From the NCBI GenBank assembly GCA_021735655.1, contig JAIPGM010000001.1:256001-320000 (forward strand): a stretch of 64,000 nucleotides of DNA, written 5' to 3'. The notes under the pieces were generated by a model that saw nothing but the letters and a program-made list of their open reading frames with translations, ran no database searches and had not been told where the DNA came from. The DNA comes from Candidatus Omnitrophota bacterium (GTDB lineage Bacteria; Omnitrophota; Gorgyraeia; Duberdicusellales; 4484-171). This document shows, in pieces, positions 48,249 to 58,289 of this stretch (positions are counted from its first letter, which is position 1; each line of letters starts with the position of its first letter). Position numbers and translations under genes: made by a program.

Positions 48249-48862
48249 AAGCCAAGAAAAAAGCAATTTTTATTACCATTGAAGGGCTAGAAGGTTGTGG
48301 AAAAAGCAGCGTTATAAAATTTTTAAATAATTTTTTAAGGCGGAAAAAGTTTTCGGTTAAAATTTATCGTGAGCCAGGCTCAACCGCAATCGGTGAAAAG
48401 ATCCGAAAAATTCTTTTAGATAAAAAGAACAAGAAATTGTCGGCACACACAGAACTCTTGTTATATTTAGCAGCCAGAACCCAGCTCATCGAGGAGGAGT
48501 TAGAAAAAAGCCTGTTGAAATATGATTTTGTTATTTGTGATCGTTTTTTTGATTCTACTCTAGTTTACCAAGGCTTTGCTCTTGGCTTAAAGAAAGCTAC
48601 TGAACTTTCAGTTAAAATATTTTCTTTAGGAATTAAGCCGGATTTAACATTTTATCTTGATCTTCCGGCAAAAAAAGGCCTTAGTCGCTTAAAGACGCGT
48701 GATCGGATCGAGTCGCGGCCTTTAAATTTTCATAATAAGCTACGCAAAGGATTCTTACAGCTTTCAAAAAGATATCCTCGCCGGATAAAAACTATTGATG
48801 CCCGCGGAGATTTAGAAAGTATCTATAAAAAAATAAGCAGAATTTTAGTCAAGTATTGTTAA
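48230..48862 (+). CDS. tmk: thymidylate kinase
   Basis: P-loop IEGLEGCGKSS and DRF motif. Confidence 0.8.
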   Translation: MAKKALKAKKKAIFITIEGLEGCGKSSVIKFLNNFLRRKKFSVKIYREPGSTAIGEKIRKILLDKKNKKLSAHTELLLYLAARTQLIEEELEKSLLKYDFVICDRFFDSTLVYQGFALGLKKATELSVKIFSLGIKPDLTFYLDLPAKKGLSRLKTRDRIESRPLNFHNKLRKGFLQLSKRYPRRIKTIDARGDLESIYKKISRILVKYC

Positions 48863-48880
48863 TTTTTAATAGTCGCCAAA

Positions 48881-49675
48881 TTGACGCTTACGATGGACCA
48901 AAGCCAAGAGTTATTTAGTTATTTCCATACCCTTAAAAAACATTCCTGCATTGGAGTCGGCTATACTTTTATCGGAGAGGACTTTTCGCAAGTTCCCGAT
49001 ATTATAAAATTGATAAATTGTCAAGATGCAGATCGTTTTTGTAATAGTTGCTGGGATTGCAAACGGATCGACGAGGCTAATCACCCGGATTTATTGACAA
49101 TTGAGCCGCAGGGCTTAACTATAAAAATCGAAGCTATTCGTGAGGCGATTCGTTTTCTTTCTTTAAAAAGTTTTCGTCTAACACGTAAAGCTATAGTTAT
49201 AAAAGGTGCCCAAAATTTAACTCCCCAGGCTGCAGCAGCATTTCTGAAGACTTTGGAGGAGGCCCCGGACAATTCTTTCATTGCTCTTTGTATGTCAAAA
49301 TTAGACGGGGTTCCGGCAACAATTATCTCGCGTTGCCGGAAGATTTTCTTACCGTTTAGCCAAAATAGCCTAGTTTCGAGCGATCGGGAACTTATTTTTG
49401 ATCTTTTCGCCGGCCGGGATCTGTTTTTTAAGGACCGTAAGGAATTTTCTGTTTTCTTATGGGGACTAATTGCTTTGCTGCATACTGATTTATTGGTAAA
49501 AAAGGGTGGGCGAAATAATCAGTTGTCTAATTATAAGGAATGTGCGATAATTTTAAATTCTTACAGTCCGTCCCGAATCAGCAGTATTTTAGAGGATTTA
49601 TTGAAAATTTACAGTGCTCATGGTAGCGTGAATATTAATTTAGCCCTGAATTTAATAAAGGCTAAACTAAAATAA
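48881..49675 (+). CDS. holB: DNA polymerase III delta-prime subunit-like (degenerate AAA+)
   Basis: Position after tmk. AAA+-like fold without an intact Walker A. Confidence 0.45.
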   Translation: MTLTMDQSQELFSYFHTLKKHSCIGVGYTFIGEDFSQVPDIIKLINCQDADRFCNSCWDCKRIDEANHPDLLTIEPQGLTIKIEAIREAIRFLSLKSFRLTRKAIVIKGAQNLTPQAAAAFLKTLEEAPDNSFIALCMSKLDGVPATIISRCRKIFLPFSQNSLVSSDRELIFDLFAGRDLFFKDRKEFSVFLWGLIALLHTDLLVKKGGRNNQLSNYKECAIILNSYSPSRISSILEDLLKIYSAHGSVNINLALNLIKAKLK

Positions 49676-49685
49676 GGAAAAGATA

Positions 49686-50480
49686 ATGAAAGTTGCTTTA
49701 GTACGGTTGCGCGAAGCTGGACAGCTGATGACTTATAAGGTTACCGAGGACGTCAGTGTTCATGATTATGTTATTGTTGAGGCCGATCGGGGACTTGATT
49801 ATGGTGAGGTCATCGAAGTAAGTGAGGCCAACCTTTGTCCAAAAAGTGAGAGTAAGGAAAGTTCGGTCAAAAGTATTGTCCGAAAGCTAACTCCCCCAGA
49901 CAAGAAGGTGATTAAAGCAAATAGGCAGGAATCCAAAGATGCGATGCGCTTATGTGCGCGTAAAATTAGAGAGTACAAATTAGCGATGAAGTTGGTTGAC
50001 GCTGAGTATTCTTTCGATAAGAAAAAAATTGTTTTTTATTTTACTTCTGAAGGAAGAGTAGACTTTCGGGAACTAGTAAAAGAGTTAGCCAAAGTTTTTA
50101 AGATTAGAATAGAGATGCGGCAAATTGGCGTACGCGACGAAGCCAGGCTTTTTGGCGGCGTAGGACCTTGCGGTCACTCTCTTTGTTGTATCCGATTTTT
50201 GAAAAGTTTTGAGCCGGTAAGTATGAAGATGGCTAAGGCTCAGAAATTACCTTTAAGTAGTGGTAAAATTTCCGGTATTTGCGGAAGGTTAATGTGTTGT
50301 CTTTTTTATGAGTACAAGAATTATCGTGAATTATCTAAGGGATTACCTAAAGAGGGCCAAACTATCGATACTGAACAAGGAAAGGGTAAGGTAATTTCAG
50401 TAAATGTTTTAAAGCGGCTTGTCTGTGTTCAGTTTGAAGATGGCCGAACAGAAAAAATCACCTTTAAAGAAAATGAGTAA
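49686..50480 (+). CDS. PSP1-domain protein (YaaT-like)
   Basis: N-terminus resembles YaaT. Conserved position after holB. Confidence 0.6.
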   Translation: MKVALVRLREAGQLMTYKVTEDVSVHDYVIVEADRGLDYGEVIEVSEANLCPKSESKESSVKSIVRKLTPPDKKVIKANRQESKDAMRLCARKIREYKLAMKLVDAEYSFDKKKIVFYFTSEGRVDFRELVKELAKVFKIRIEMRQIGVRDEARLFGGVGPCGHSLCCIRFLKSFEPVSMKMAKAQKLPLSSGKISGICGRLMCCLFYEYKNYRELSKGLPKEGQTIDTEQGKGKVISVNVLKRLVCVQFEDGRTEKITFKENE

Positions 50481-52026
50481 GTTTTATCTTACTACCCCTA
50501 TTTATTATGTGAATTCCGAACCGCATATCGGCCACGCCTATACCAATATAATTTCTGATTGCACGGCTCGTTATCAACGCTTGAAAGGCAACCAGGTTTT
50601 CTTTTTGACTGGCACTGATGAACATGGCGAAAAAATAAAGAAGGCTGCTGAGGCTCAGCAACAAGAGGTTAAGGTTTTCATCGACAATAAGGCAGAGATA
50701 TTCAGGAAGTTGTGGGAAAAACTAAATATTTCCAATGATTTTTTTATTCGGACCACTGATGATTTCCATAAACAAGTAGTTCAGGTGGTGGTTAGTAAAT
50801 TAATTGAAAAGGGTGATATCTATAAGGCCAAATATAAGGGGTTTTATTGTACCCCTTGTGAAGGTTTTTGGACTCCGGTTCAAGTTAAGGAAGCTGGAGG
50901 TTGTCCGGACTGTAAGCGGGAGGTTCAGCTTATCGAAGAGGATAATTATTTCTTTAAACTTTCAAAATATCAGGATTGGTTAGTTAGTCATCTTAAAAAT
51001 AATCCTGGTTTTGCGCAACCCAAGAGTCGTTATAATGAGGTATCAGCATTTTTAGAAAAGAATAAGTTGGAGGATTTGTGTATTTCCCGTCCTAAAAAGC
51101 GTTTAAGTTGGGGGGTTGCTTTTCCCGGTGACGATCAATATGTAATTTATGTCTGGTTTGATGCTTTAATTAATTATATTAGTGGAGCCGGTTACAGTAT
51201 AGATCAGGAAAAATTCTCTCGACTTTGGCCAGCCGAGATTCATTTTATGGCTAAGGATATCCTACGCCACCATGCCATATTTTGGCCGATAATGCTAAAG
51301 GCTTTGGATCTTGAACTGCCTAAAGTTGTTTTTGCCCATGGTTGGTGGAAGTTTGAGGGTGAAAAAATGTCTAAATCAAGAGGGAACATCGTCAATCCTT
51401 TTGACGTTATCGAGACTTTAGCTATTTCACTCTCAGGAAGCAAAGAGATGGCCGTAGATGCTTTACGATACTTTTTGTTGCGCGAGGTACCAATAGGTTC
51501 TGACGGTACTTTTTCTTGGCCGGCTTTGTTTAATCGAACTAACTCTGATTTAGCTAATGATTTAGGTAATTTAGTCTATCGGACCTTAAATATGGCTGAA
51601 AAGTATTTTGAAGGTAAAGTTAAGCCCTCAAAGAGCAGTCTCCCTTTTGAGTTTAAGCAAAGTCTTGGTAACCTTGAGGCTAGGTATTCTGAGCTTATGG
51701 ATAGTTGTGCTTTTTCAGTTGCCCTAGAGGAAGTTTTTGGTTTTATTAGAGCCATGAATAAGTTTATCGAAGACTCAAAGCCTTGGACTCTTTGGAAAGA
51801 GAAAAAGGTTGAAGAACTTGAAAACTTTTTATATTATCTTCTTGAAGGCATTCGTATATCAGCTTTGTATTTATCTGCGGCTATGCCGAATGCGGCTAAG
51901 TCGATTTATTCTCAGTTAGGGCTAACTCAGGGTGAATTTTCTTTAGCTTCAGCTAAATGGGGCACTCAGAAAGAATTCAAAATAAAAAAAGAAAAACCGC
52001 TTTTTCCACGCATTGATGCTGATTGA
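50473..52026 (+). CDS. metG: methionine--tRNA ligase (short form)
   Basis: HIGH (PHIGHAYT), KMSKS, zinc knuckle CTPCEG...CPDC. Start ATG 50473 overlaps the upstream stop. Confidence 0.9.
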   Translation: MSKFYLTTPIYYVNSEPHIGHAYTNIISDCTARYQRLKGNQVFFLTGTDEHGEKIKKAAEAQQQEVKVFIDNKAEIFRKLWEKLNISNDFFIRTTDDFHKQVVQVVVSKLIEKGDIYKAKYKGFYCTPCEGFWTPVQVKEAGGCPDCKREVQLIEEDNYFFKLSKYQDWLVSHLKNNPGFAQPKSRYNEVSAFLEKNKLEDLCISRPKKRLSWGVAFPGDDQYVIYVWFDALINYISGAGYSIDQEKFSRLWPAEIHFMAKDILRHHAIFWPIMLKALDLELPKVVFAHGWWKFEGEKMSKSRGNIVNPFDVIETLAISLSGSKEMAVDALRYFLLREVPIGSDGTFSWPALFNRTNSDLANDLGNLVYRTLNMAEKYFEGKVKPSKSSLPFEFKQSLGNLEARYSELMDSCAFSVALEEVFGFIRAMNKFIEDSKPWTLWKEKKVEELENFLYYLLEGIRISALYLSAAMPNAAKSIYSQLGLTQGEFSLASAKWGTQKEFKIKKEKPLFPRIDAD

Positions 52027-52804
52027 TTCTCATTGTCACCTCAATAACCTTTCAGAAATAACCAGAAAAGAAATTCTGGATACTTCAAGAAATGACTTTC
52101 AATATTGCTTTATCGATTCGAGTATAGACCTGAATAGTTCTTTAGCTTCTAGTCGATTGTCGGCGAGTTGCGACCATGTCTATACATCATTAGGTTTTCA
52201 TCCCTTATCGGGAGAGAGCTTTGATCATCAAACACCAAAAGCTTACGGAAATCTAATTAAAAATAATGATAAAGTTATTGCTGTCGGTGAAATCGGTCTT
52301 GACTACAAAGCGACTATATCAACCAAAAAACAGGAAGAAATTTTTAAGACTTTTATTAAAATTGCTAAAGATAATAATTTGCCGATAACTATACATAATC
52401 GTATTAATCCTTTAGGAGATAAGTTAAATGAGCCTCAACGGGTATTGGATATATTGGATGAATTTTATCAAACTTACGAAATGGTGATATTCCATTGTTT
52501 TTCTCATTCGGTCCAAATTTTAGAAAGAATTATTAAGAAGATGGGTTTTGTCTCTTTTTCTTTGAATATTTTGCGTAAGAGTAATAAAATACTTAGATCT
52601 TTAGAGAAATGCCCTTTAGAAAATATTTTGTTTGAGACCGATTCTCCTTATATGAGAATAAAAGATACCAATTCCACGCCTTTAGATATAGGTAAAGTCT
52701 ACGATCGGGCAGCTCAAATAAAAGGTGTGGCGAGGGATGAATTAGAAAAACAAGTTTTTTTAAATGCCAGAAAGGCATTTTCATTTAACCCCGGAGGCAA
52801 ATGA
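52013..52804 (+). CDS. tatD: TatD-family metal-dependent hydrolase
   Basis: MLIDSHCHL N-terminus. Conserved metG-tatD arrangement. Confidence 0.75.
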   Translation: MMLIDSHCHLNNLSEITRKEILDTSRNDFQYCFIDSSIDLNSSLASSRLSASCDHVYTSLGFHPLSGESFDHQTPKAYGNLIKNNDKVIAVGEIGLDYKATISTKKQEEIFKTFIKIAKDNNLPITIHNRINPLGDKLNEPQRVLDILDEFYQTYEMVIFHCFSHSVQILERIIKKMGFVSFSLNILRKSNKILRSLEKCPLENILFETDSPYMRIKDTNSTPLDIGKVYDRAAQIKGVARDELEKQVFLNARKAFSFNPGGK

Positions 52805-53841
52805 TGACTTCGCTAAGATTTAAAAATAATCGTTTGTTTTATCTTGACCAGACTCAGCTGCCGCTAAAAGAGCTTTGGCGAGAGTGCCGGAGGCTAGAAG
52901 ATGGCTTTTTGGCAATTAAACTCTTGCGAGTCAGAGGAGCTCCGTTGATTGGAGTCTTTGCGGCTTATTGTGTTGCAATTCATCTTAACAACCTTTCAAA
53001 GTCCAAAGATGTTTTTTTGAGGCAATTTAAAAAGTCTTTGAAAGATTTAGAGGCTTGTCGGCCGACAGCAGTTAATCTTTCCTGGGCCCTTAATCGCCTC
53101 AGGAAGGCAGCCAATAAGGTTAGCGGGCAAAGTATTTCAGTCATTAAAAGGGAAGTATTAAATGAGGCTAAGGCAATTCATAAACAGGATGTTTTGTTGT
53201 GTAAACAAATGGCTGATTGCGGTTTAAAGCTAATTAAAAAAGGTGATCAGATTCTAACTCATTGTAATACCGGATTTCTTGCTACTTCAGGACAAGGTAC
53301 AGCCTTAGCGGTGATTTATCAGGCTGCGAAAAAGTATAATAATAAAATAGTTGTATATGCTGATGAGACTCGACCGCTACTACAAGGTTCACGCCTCAGC
53401 GCTTGGGAACTAATAAAGAAAAAAGTACCTTCTTATGTTATCTGCGATAACATGGCCGCTTCACTTATGGCTAAAGGCAAGATAGATAAAGTTTTCCTTG
53501 GGGCTGACCGCATTTCAGCCAACGGTGATGTAGCTAATAAAATTGGTACTTATAATGTTGCGGTTATTGCTAATTACCATAAAGTACCTTTCTATGTGGT
53601 TGCACCATTTTCTACTTTTGATTTATCATTAAAAAGCGGTGCTTCTATTCCGATTGAGGAACGAAAGCCTGATGAAGTACGTAAGGTGGTAAGCAAAGTT
53701 TATATAGCGCCAAAGCAGGCTAAAGTTTGTAATCCGGCCTTTGATGTAACTCCGAGTAGGCTGATTACAGCTATTGTTAGCGATAAAGGGATTATCTATC
53801 CGCCGTTTAGAAAGAATATTAAAAAGGTGTTGTGTCGATGA
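52801..53841 (+). CDS. mtnA: eIF-2B/MtnA-family sugar-phosphate isomerase
   Basis: Overall similarity to the eIF-2B alpha/beta/delta and MtnA family; conserved Cys/Asp region. Confidence 0.55.
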   Translation: MMTSLRFKNNRLFYLDQTQLPLKELWRECRRLEDGFLAIKLLRVRGAPLIGVFAAYCVAIHLNNLSKSKDVFLRQFKKSLKDLEACRPTAVNLSWALNRLRKAANKVSGQSISVIKREVLNEAKAIHKQDVLLCKQMADCGLKLIKKGDQILTHCNTGFLATSGQGTALAVIYQAAKKYNNKIVVYADETRPLLQGSRLSAWELIKKKVPSYVICDNMAASLMAKGKIDKVFLGADRISANGDVANKIGTYNVAVIANYHKVPFYVVAPFSTFDLSLKSGASIPIEERKPDEVRKVVSKVYIAPKQAKVCNPAFDVTPSRLITAIVSDKGIIYPPFRKNIKKVLCR

Positions 53842-54686
53842 AGGAATTAGCTTGGATTGATTACTTGAGACAAATAGTTCCCAAGAGCCGGGAAGTTTTA
53901 ATCGGCATCGGCGATGACTGTGCTCAAGTTAAATCCAGAAGCGATAAGTTATTACTTAAGAGCGATTTATTTATTGAGAATATTCATTTTAAGTTAGGAA
54001 AGACAGGGTTTAAAACAATCGGTTTGCGGGCAGTAGCAAGAGTGCTTTCAGATTTTGCTGCTTGTGGAGGAGTTCCAAAATTTATCGGTATTTCAATAGG
54101 CATTCCCAGCTATTTAAAAATTAGCGACGTAAAGAAGATATTGGGAGCAGTTTTAATTCAGGCTAAGAAATATAAATTCTCTTTAGTTGGTGGTGATACT
54201 GCTAAAAGTGCAAAATTATTTTTAGATGTTTGGGGGTTAGGTGTAGCCCCTAAATTTATCTCAAGAGACGGCGCAAAGGTTGGAGATTATATTTTTATTA
54301 CTGGAAAGTTAGGTACAAATAGGTTAAATGAGCCTTTTGAGCCAAGGCTTAAGGAGGCCCAATATTTAGCTAAGAATTTTAGATTAAATTCGATGATCGA
54401 TATATCCGATGGTTTTATTGTAGATCTTTATCGAGTTTTGACTTTAAGTAAAAAAGGTGCTTGTCTTAATAAAGAGGCTATACCTGCCGTCAACGGGAAA
54501 GCTGATTTTTATCGCGGAGAAGACTATGAATTGATTTTTACTGTAGATAAGGCTGAGAAGAAGCTTAAAACTTTGGAAAAGAAATTCTACTGTGTTGGTA
54601 GGGTGAAATCTAAGCAGTTTGGGTATAAAATTGAGAAAAACAATAAGTTATATAATTTATCGCCGAACGGTTACTTGCATTTTTAA
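53832..54686 (+). CDS. thiL: thiamine-monophosphate kinase
   Basis: AIR-synthase-related fold. IGDDCAQV N-terminal motif. Confidence 0.7.
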   Translation: MSMKELAWIDYLRQIVPKSREVLIGIGDDCAQVKSRSDKLLLKSDLFIENIHFKLGKTGFKTIGLRAVARVLSDFAACGGVPKFIGISIGIPSYLKISDVKKILGAVLIQAKKYKFSLVGGDTAKSAKLFLDVWGLGVAPKFISRDGAKVGDYIFITGKLGTNRLNEPFEPRLKEAQYLAKNFRLNSMIDISDGFIVDLYRVLTLSKKGACLNKEAIPAVNGKADFYRGEDYELIFTVDKAEKKLKTLEKKFYCVGRVKSKQFGYKIEKNNKLYNLSPNGYLHF

Positions 54687-54691
54687 TTGAG

Positions 54692-55171
54692 ATGAAGTTT
54701 AATTTGACATTAAAGTTAAAGAGTTTATCGGCTACGGAAACTAAGCACTACGGTGAATTGTTTTCAAAGGCTTTGTCTGGTCGGGACCTGGTTGTATTAG
54801 TTGGAGCCTTGGGCGGCGGTAAAACTACCTTTACCAAGGGCATTCTTAAAGGTTTAGGTTATCGGGGTCGGGTTCTAAGCCCATCATTTACTTTAGTACG
54901 TGAGTATCTAACTAAAAAGTTTAAGACCTATCATGTTGATTTATATCGCTTGGATAAAAATGAGGCCTTAAACCTAGGGCTTGATGATTTTATCTATTCC
55001 GATAATAGTCTTACTTTGATTGAGTGGGGTGATAGGATAGATAAGGAATTGGATAAGTATATAGTGGTTAAGTTCTCATACTTAGCTGAAAGTTCAAGGC
55101 AGTTATTAATTTCAACGGTAGGTTATAATAAGCAGAAAATAAAAGCCATAAAAGGATTGATTAACAAATGA
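54692..55171 (+). CDS. tsaE: tRNA t6A37 biosynthesis ATPase TsaE
   Basis: P-loop GALGGGKTTF. About 159 aa. Confidence 0.8.
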   Translation: MKFNLTLKLKSLSATETKHYGELFSKALSGRDLVVLVGALGGGKTTFTKGILKGLGYRGRVLSPSFTLVREYLTKKFKTYHVDLYRLDKNEALNLGLDDFIYSDNSLTLIEWGDRIDKELDKYIVVKFSYLAESSRQLLISTVGYNKQKIKAIKGLINK

Positions 55172-55833
55172 ATTTATTAGTAGTTGATGCCAGTTCTGAG
55201 AATATCTCACTAGCTATAAAATATAAAGGAAAGCTAGTGGCTGATTTTAATCGAAAGAAACGCTTTGGGGCGTCTTTACTTATTCAGCAGATTGACAGGC
55301 AGTTAAGTAAGAATAAGCTAAGTCTAAAGTCAATGGATGCTTTTGTAGTTGGCAGTGGCCCAGGTTCTTTTACTGGCCTTCGGATATCCTTTAGCGTAAT
55401 TAAAGCCTTTATGTTGGTAACTAAAAAACCGACTATCGAGGTGGGAAGTTCTTATTCTTTAGCTTATGCTTTGAGGAATAAGTCTAGCAAAATAGCGGTT
55501 ATTTCCGATGCCCGGCGAGGTTTAATCTACGGAGTTTGTTTTAAGTCTAGATTGGGAGTTTTAAGGAAAGAGGCTAAAGAAAAACTTTACAAACTAGAGG
55601 AGTTTATCAAGAACAAAGAGGATTATCTTTTTTGTACCTATGATAAAGATCTAAGAGATCAGGTTTCCAATTTAAATAAAAAGATTGGGTTTTATGATAA
55701 AGATTTATACCCTAAGGCTCGGGATTTGCTACTTGAGGCTGAGCTGTGTTATAATCAAGGTAAGTTTACCACAATTGACAAGTTAAAGCCTTTATATCTA
55801 CATCCAAAAACATGCCAAATCCAAAAAAAATAA
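55168..55833 (+). CDS. tsaB: tRNA t6A37 biosynthesis protein TsaB
   Basis: Inactive-Kae1-like fold. Adjacent to tsaE. Confidence 0.7.
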   Translation: MNLLVVDASSENISLAIKYKGKLVADFNRKKRFGASLLIQQIDRQLSKNKLSLKSMDAFVVGSGPGSFTGLRISFSVIKAFMLVTKKPTIEVGSSYSLAYALRNKSSKIAVISDARRGLIYGVCFKSRLGVLRKEAKEKLYKLEEFIKNKEDYLFCTYDKDLRDQVSNLNKKIGFYDKDLYPKARDLLLEAELCYNQGKFTTIDKLKPLYLHPKTCQIQKK

Positions 55834-56936
55834 TTCGTCCGCTTTGGATTGAAGTTGATTTAGCGGCTTTAAGTAGTAACTTTAAAGCAATCAAAGCTTA
55901 CCTTGAGCCAAAAACTAAGATAATTGCAACTATCAAGCAGTCTGCCTATGGGCATGGTCTTGTTCCAGTAGCCAAACAGTTAAAAAAAGACGGCGTAGAT
56001 ATTTTTGGTGTTGGCAGTATTGAGGAAGCCCTGGCTTTGCGTGAGGCTGGTTTTGATTCCCCGGTGATTGTTTTAACGGCAGTCTTAAGTAATTTTTGTA
56101 ATTTATTTTTAGAACACAAGGTTATTCCGACAATAGTCGATTTAGAATTTGCTAAAAAATTAAATCGTTTGGCTAAAAAGATGGGTCGTAAAGTAGCCGT
56201 TCATGTAAAGGTTGATACCGGGATGGGTCGTTTAGGGTTTCATTATAAACAAGCTGACCAATTTGTCAGGGAGTTAGCTAAACTTAAAAATATAATTCTT
56301 GAGGGTATTTATACCCATTTCCCGGCCGCTGACAGTGACCCTGGTTTTACTCAGTATCAGATAGATGCTTTTAATGGTTTTATCGAGCAGTTAAAAACCG
56401 AAGGTATATCATTTAAATATCAACATTGCGCTAACAGTATTGGGTTATTGCGTTACAGTCACACTTATTTTAATATGGTTCGTCCCGGGCTCATTCTTTA
56501 TGGGGTTAAACCTCAGGCTGAGGTAGATATCGGAATTAAACCGGTATTAAGTTTAAAGTCAAGGATTGTCTTTATTAAACAGGTTAAAAAAGGCTCAGGA
56601 GTTAGTTACGGAAGAACCTACATAGCTAAGAATAACCGCAATATCGCTACGGTGGCGGTTGGCTACGCTGATGGTTATCCTTGGTCTTTGTCTAACAAGT
56701 CTAAAGTTTTAATTAAGGGTAAATTTTTCGAGTTAGTCGGTAGAGTTTGCATGGATCATATTATGATAGACTTAAAAGGTAGAAGCGATATTAAGGTTGG
56801 TGAAGAAGTAATTTTAATTGGTGAAAGCAAAACTAAGAAAATATTGGCTGAAGACTTAGCTGAACTGGCTCAAACTATTCCCTATGAAATTGTAAGTAGA
56901 CTTTCCGAGAGAATACCTCGAATTTACAAGAAGTAG
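55812..56936 (+). CDS. alr: alanine racemase
   Basis: PLP-lysine region ATIKQSAYGHG. C-terminal beta domain. Confidence 0.85.
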   Translation: MPNPKKIIRPLWIEVDLAALSSNFKAIKAYLEPKTKIIATIKQSAYGHGLVPVAKQLKKDGVDIFGVGSIEEALALREAGFDSPVIVLTAVLSNFCNLFLEHKVIPTIVDLEFAKKLNRLAKKMGRKVAVHVKVDTGMGRLGFHYKQADQFVRELAKLKNIILEGIYTHFPAADSDPGFTQYQIDAFNGFIEQLKTEGISFKYQHCANSIGLLRYSHTYFNMVRPGLILYGVKPQAEVDIGIKPVLSLKSRIVFIKQVKKGSGVSYGRTYIAKNNRNIATVAVGYADGYPWSLSNKSKVLIKGKFFELVGRVCMDHIMIDLKGRSDIKVGEEVILIGESKTKKILAEDLAELAQTIPYEIVSRLSERIPRIYKK

Positions 56937-56945
56937 AAATTTCTT

Positions 56946-57530
56946 TTAAGCCCCGGTGTGATAGATATAAAATGCTTCATCATTGCCAACAACTGGATGT
57001 ATGCGAAAGGTTCCATTAGTTAGAATACCATTATCAAGGGTATCGTCAATTTTCTGTAATGGTTCAGCTTTTGGTGCACAAAAAACACCTGGCGTAGGAA
57101 AGCAATGGTTAGAAATTAAAATACTAAGCTCATAAGGAGCTCCATCTGCTTCGAGATCATAACAATAAAGAGCATAAATTCCTCCCCAGGGATGCATGAC
57201 CATACTACCGTCTAAGTATGGACCGTCCCAACCTCTAATCGTTGCACCAGAGGTTGCATTAACCAAAGTAGAACTATATACCGGTACCCATTCTGTTTCA
57301 TCTACGAAACCATCGGCGGGGTCATCGTCGGGAAATTCTTCTAATGGCCATTGAGCGGTATCAGCGTAATGGGATAAGATAGCAGTCTTGGTAGCTTTAA
57401 TATCAGCTATAGCCCGAGTGACTTTAGCCTTCTCAATAGCCCTGAAAGCATTAGGAGCAATGATTGCCGCTAGAATTGCAATGATAGCAATGACTACGAT
57501 AAGTTCGATTAGAGTGAATGATTTTTTCAT
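56946..57530 (-). CDS. prepilin-type (class III signal) GspG-like pseudopilin, copy 1
   Basis: MKKSFTLIELIVVIAIIAILAAI leader with Glu+5. GWDGPY and HPWGG motifs. Two Cys pairs. Confidence 0.75.
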   Translation of the reverse strand: MKKSFTLIELIVVIAIIAILAAIIAPNAFRAIEKAKVTRAIADIKATKTAILSHYADTAQWPLEEFPDDDPADGFVDETEWVPVYSSTLVNATSGATIRGWDGPYLDGSMVMHPWGGIYALYCYDLEADGAPYELSILISNHCFPTPGVFCAPKAEPLQKIDDTLDNGILTNGTFRIHPVVGNDEAFYIYHTGA

Positions 57531-57562
57531 AAAAAATTTCCTTTTGAATAATTATATCACAA
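57400..57562. repeat. direct repeat copy 1 (5' coding end plus promoter of pseudopilin gene); period 700 bp
   Basis: 57481-57562 differs from 58181-58262 at one position; flanking ~80 bp about 75% identical. Confidence 0.85.
57551..57559 (-). promoter_or_regulatory. extended -10 element (TGATATAAT on minus strand) plus AAAGGAAA RBS for pseudopilin copy 1
   Basis: Reverse complement reads TGTGATATAATTATTCAAAAGGAAATTTTTTATG. Confidence 0.5.
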
Positions 57563-57607
57563 CAGGAAGAGGTAATTTAATAGGGTAATTTGCTGTTTGC
57601 CTAAATA

Positions 57608-58234
57608 TTATGGAGTATAGCGATCGTCATAATCCCAAAATAATATCCAGTGAATATCAGACATTGACCCTCCGGCTGATCCGCGAACATTACCGGTATT
57701 GAGCGGCCAATCTTCGTCATCATCCACCATAGTGTCTAACTTTTTAGCAGCACTCTGTGGCATTCGACAGGTACTAGGATTAATAACGCCTTCAACGTAA
57801 GGATAACAATAATTATCTATTTCTAAAACTAATTCTTCTATGCCATTTACCGGATCGCTATAATCTTGCCAACAAGTAAAAGCATATTGGCCTCCCCAAG
57901 GATGCATTCCGGGAGTCTTTTCCACATAAGGTCCATCCCAGCCTGGCCAGGTTGCTGGTGCCCAATGCAGAGTAATATTGAGAGGATTTGTGTCTAAAGG
58001 GTTTTGACCTGGTAACAAGTGCATTTGCGTACCAGTGTAGCCATCCATAACTTTACGTCCAGTATCAGCATAAAGAGCACCAACTGAGGTTTTAAGAACT
58101 CTGGAATCAGCAATTACTCTGGCAACTTTGGCTTTTTCAATGGCCTTAAAGGCATTAGGAGCGATAATTGCTGCAAGGATAGCAATGATAGCAATGACTA
58201 CGATAAGTTCGATTAGAGTGAATGATTTTTTCAT
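57608..58234 (-). CDS. prepilin-type GspG-like pseudopilin, copy 2
   Basis: First ~45 aa nearly identical to copy 1, then divergent. GWDGPY and HPWGG motifs. Confidence 0.75.
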   Translation of the reverse strand: MKKSFTLIELIVVIAIIAILAAIIAPNAFKAIEKAKVARVIADSRVLKTSVGALYADTGRKVMDGYTGTQMHLLPGQNPLDTNPLNITLHWAPATWPGWDGPYVEKTPGMHPWGGQYAFTCWQDYSDPVNGIEELVLEIDNYCYPYVEGVINPSTCRMPQSAAKKLDTMVDDDEDWPLNTGNVRGSAGGSMSDIHWILFWDYDDRYTP

Positions 58235-58262
58235 AAAAAATCTCCTTTTGAATAATTATATC
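58100..58262. repeat. direct repeat copy 2
   Basis: See copy 1. Confidence 0.85.
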
Positions 58263-58263
58263 A
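58255..58263 (-). promoter_or_regulatory. extended -10 element (TGATATAAT) plus AAAGGAGA RBS for pseudopilin copy 2
   Basis: Same element, lying inside the duplicated block. Confidence 0.5.
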
Positions 58264-58289
58264 CGATAAGATGGATTTAATAGTGTAAT

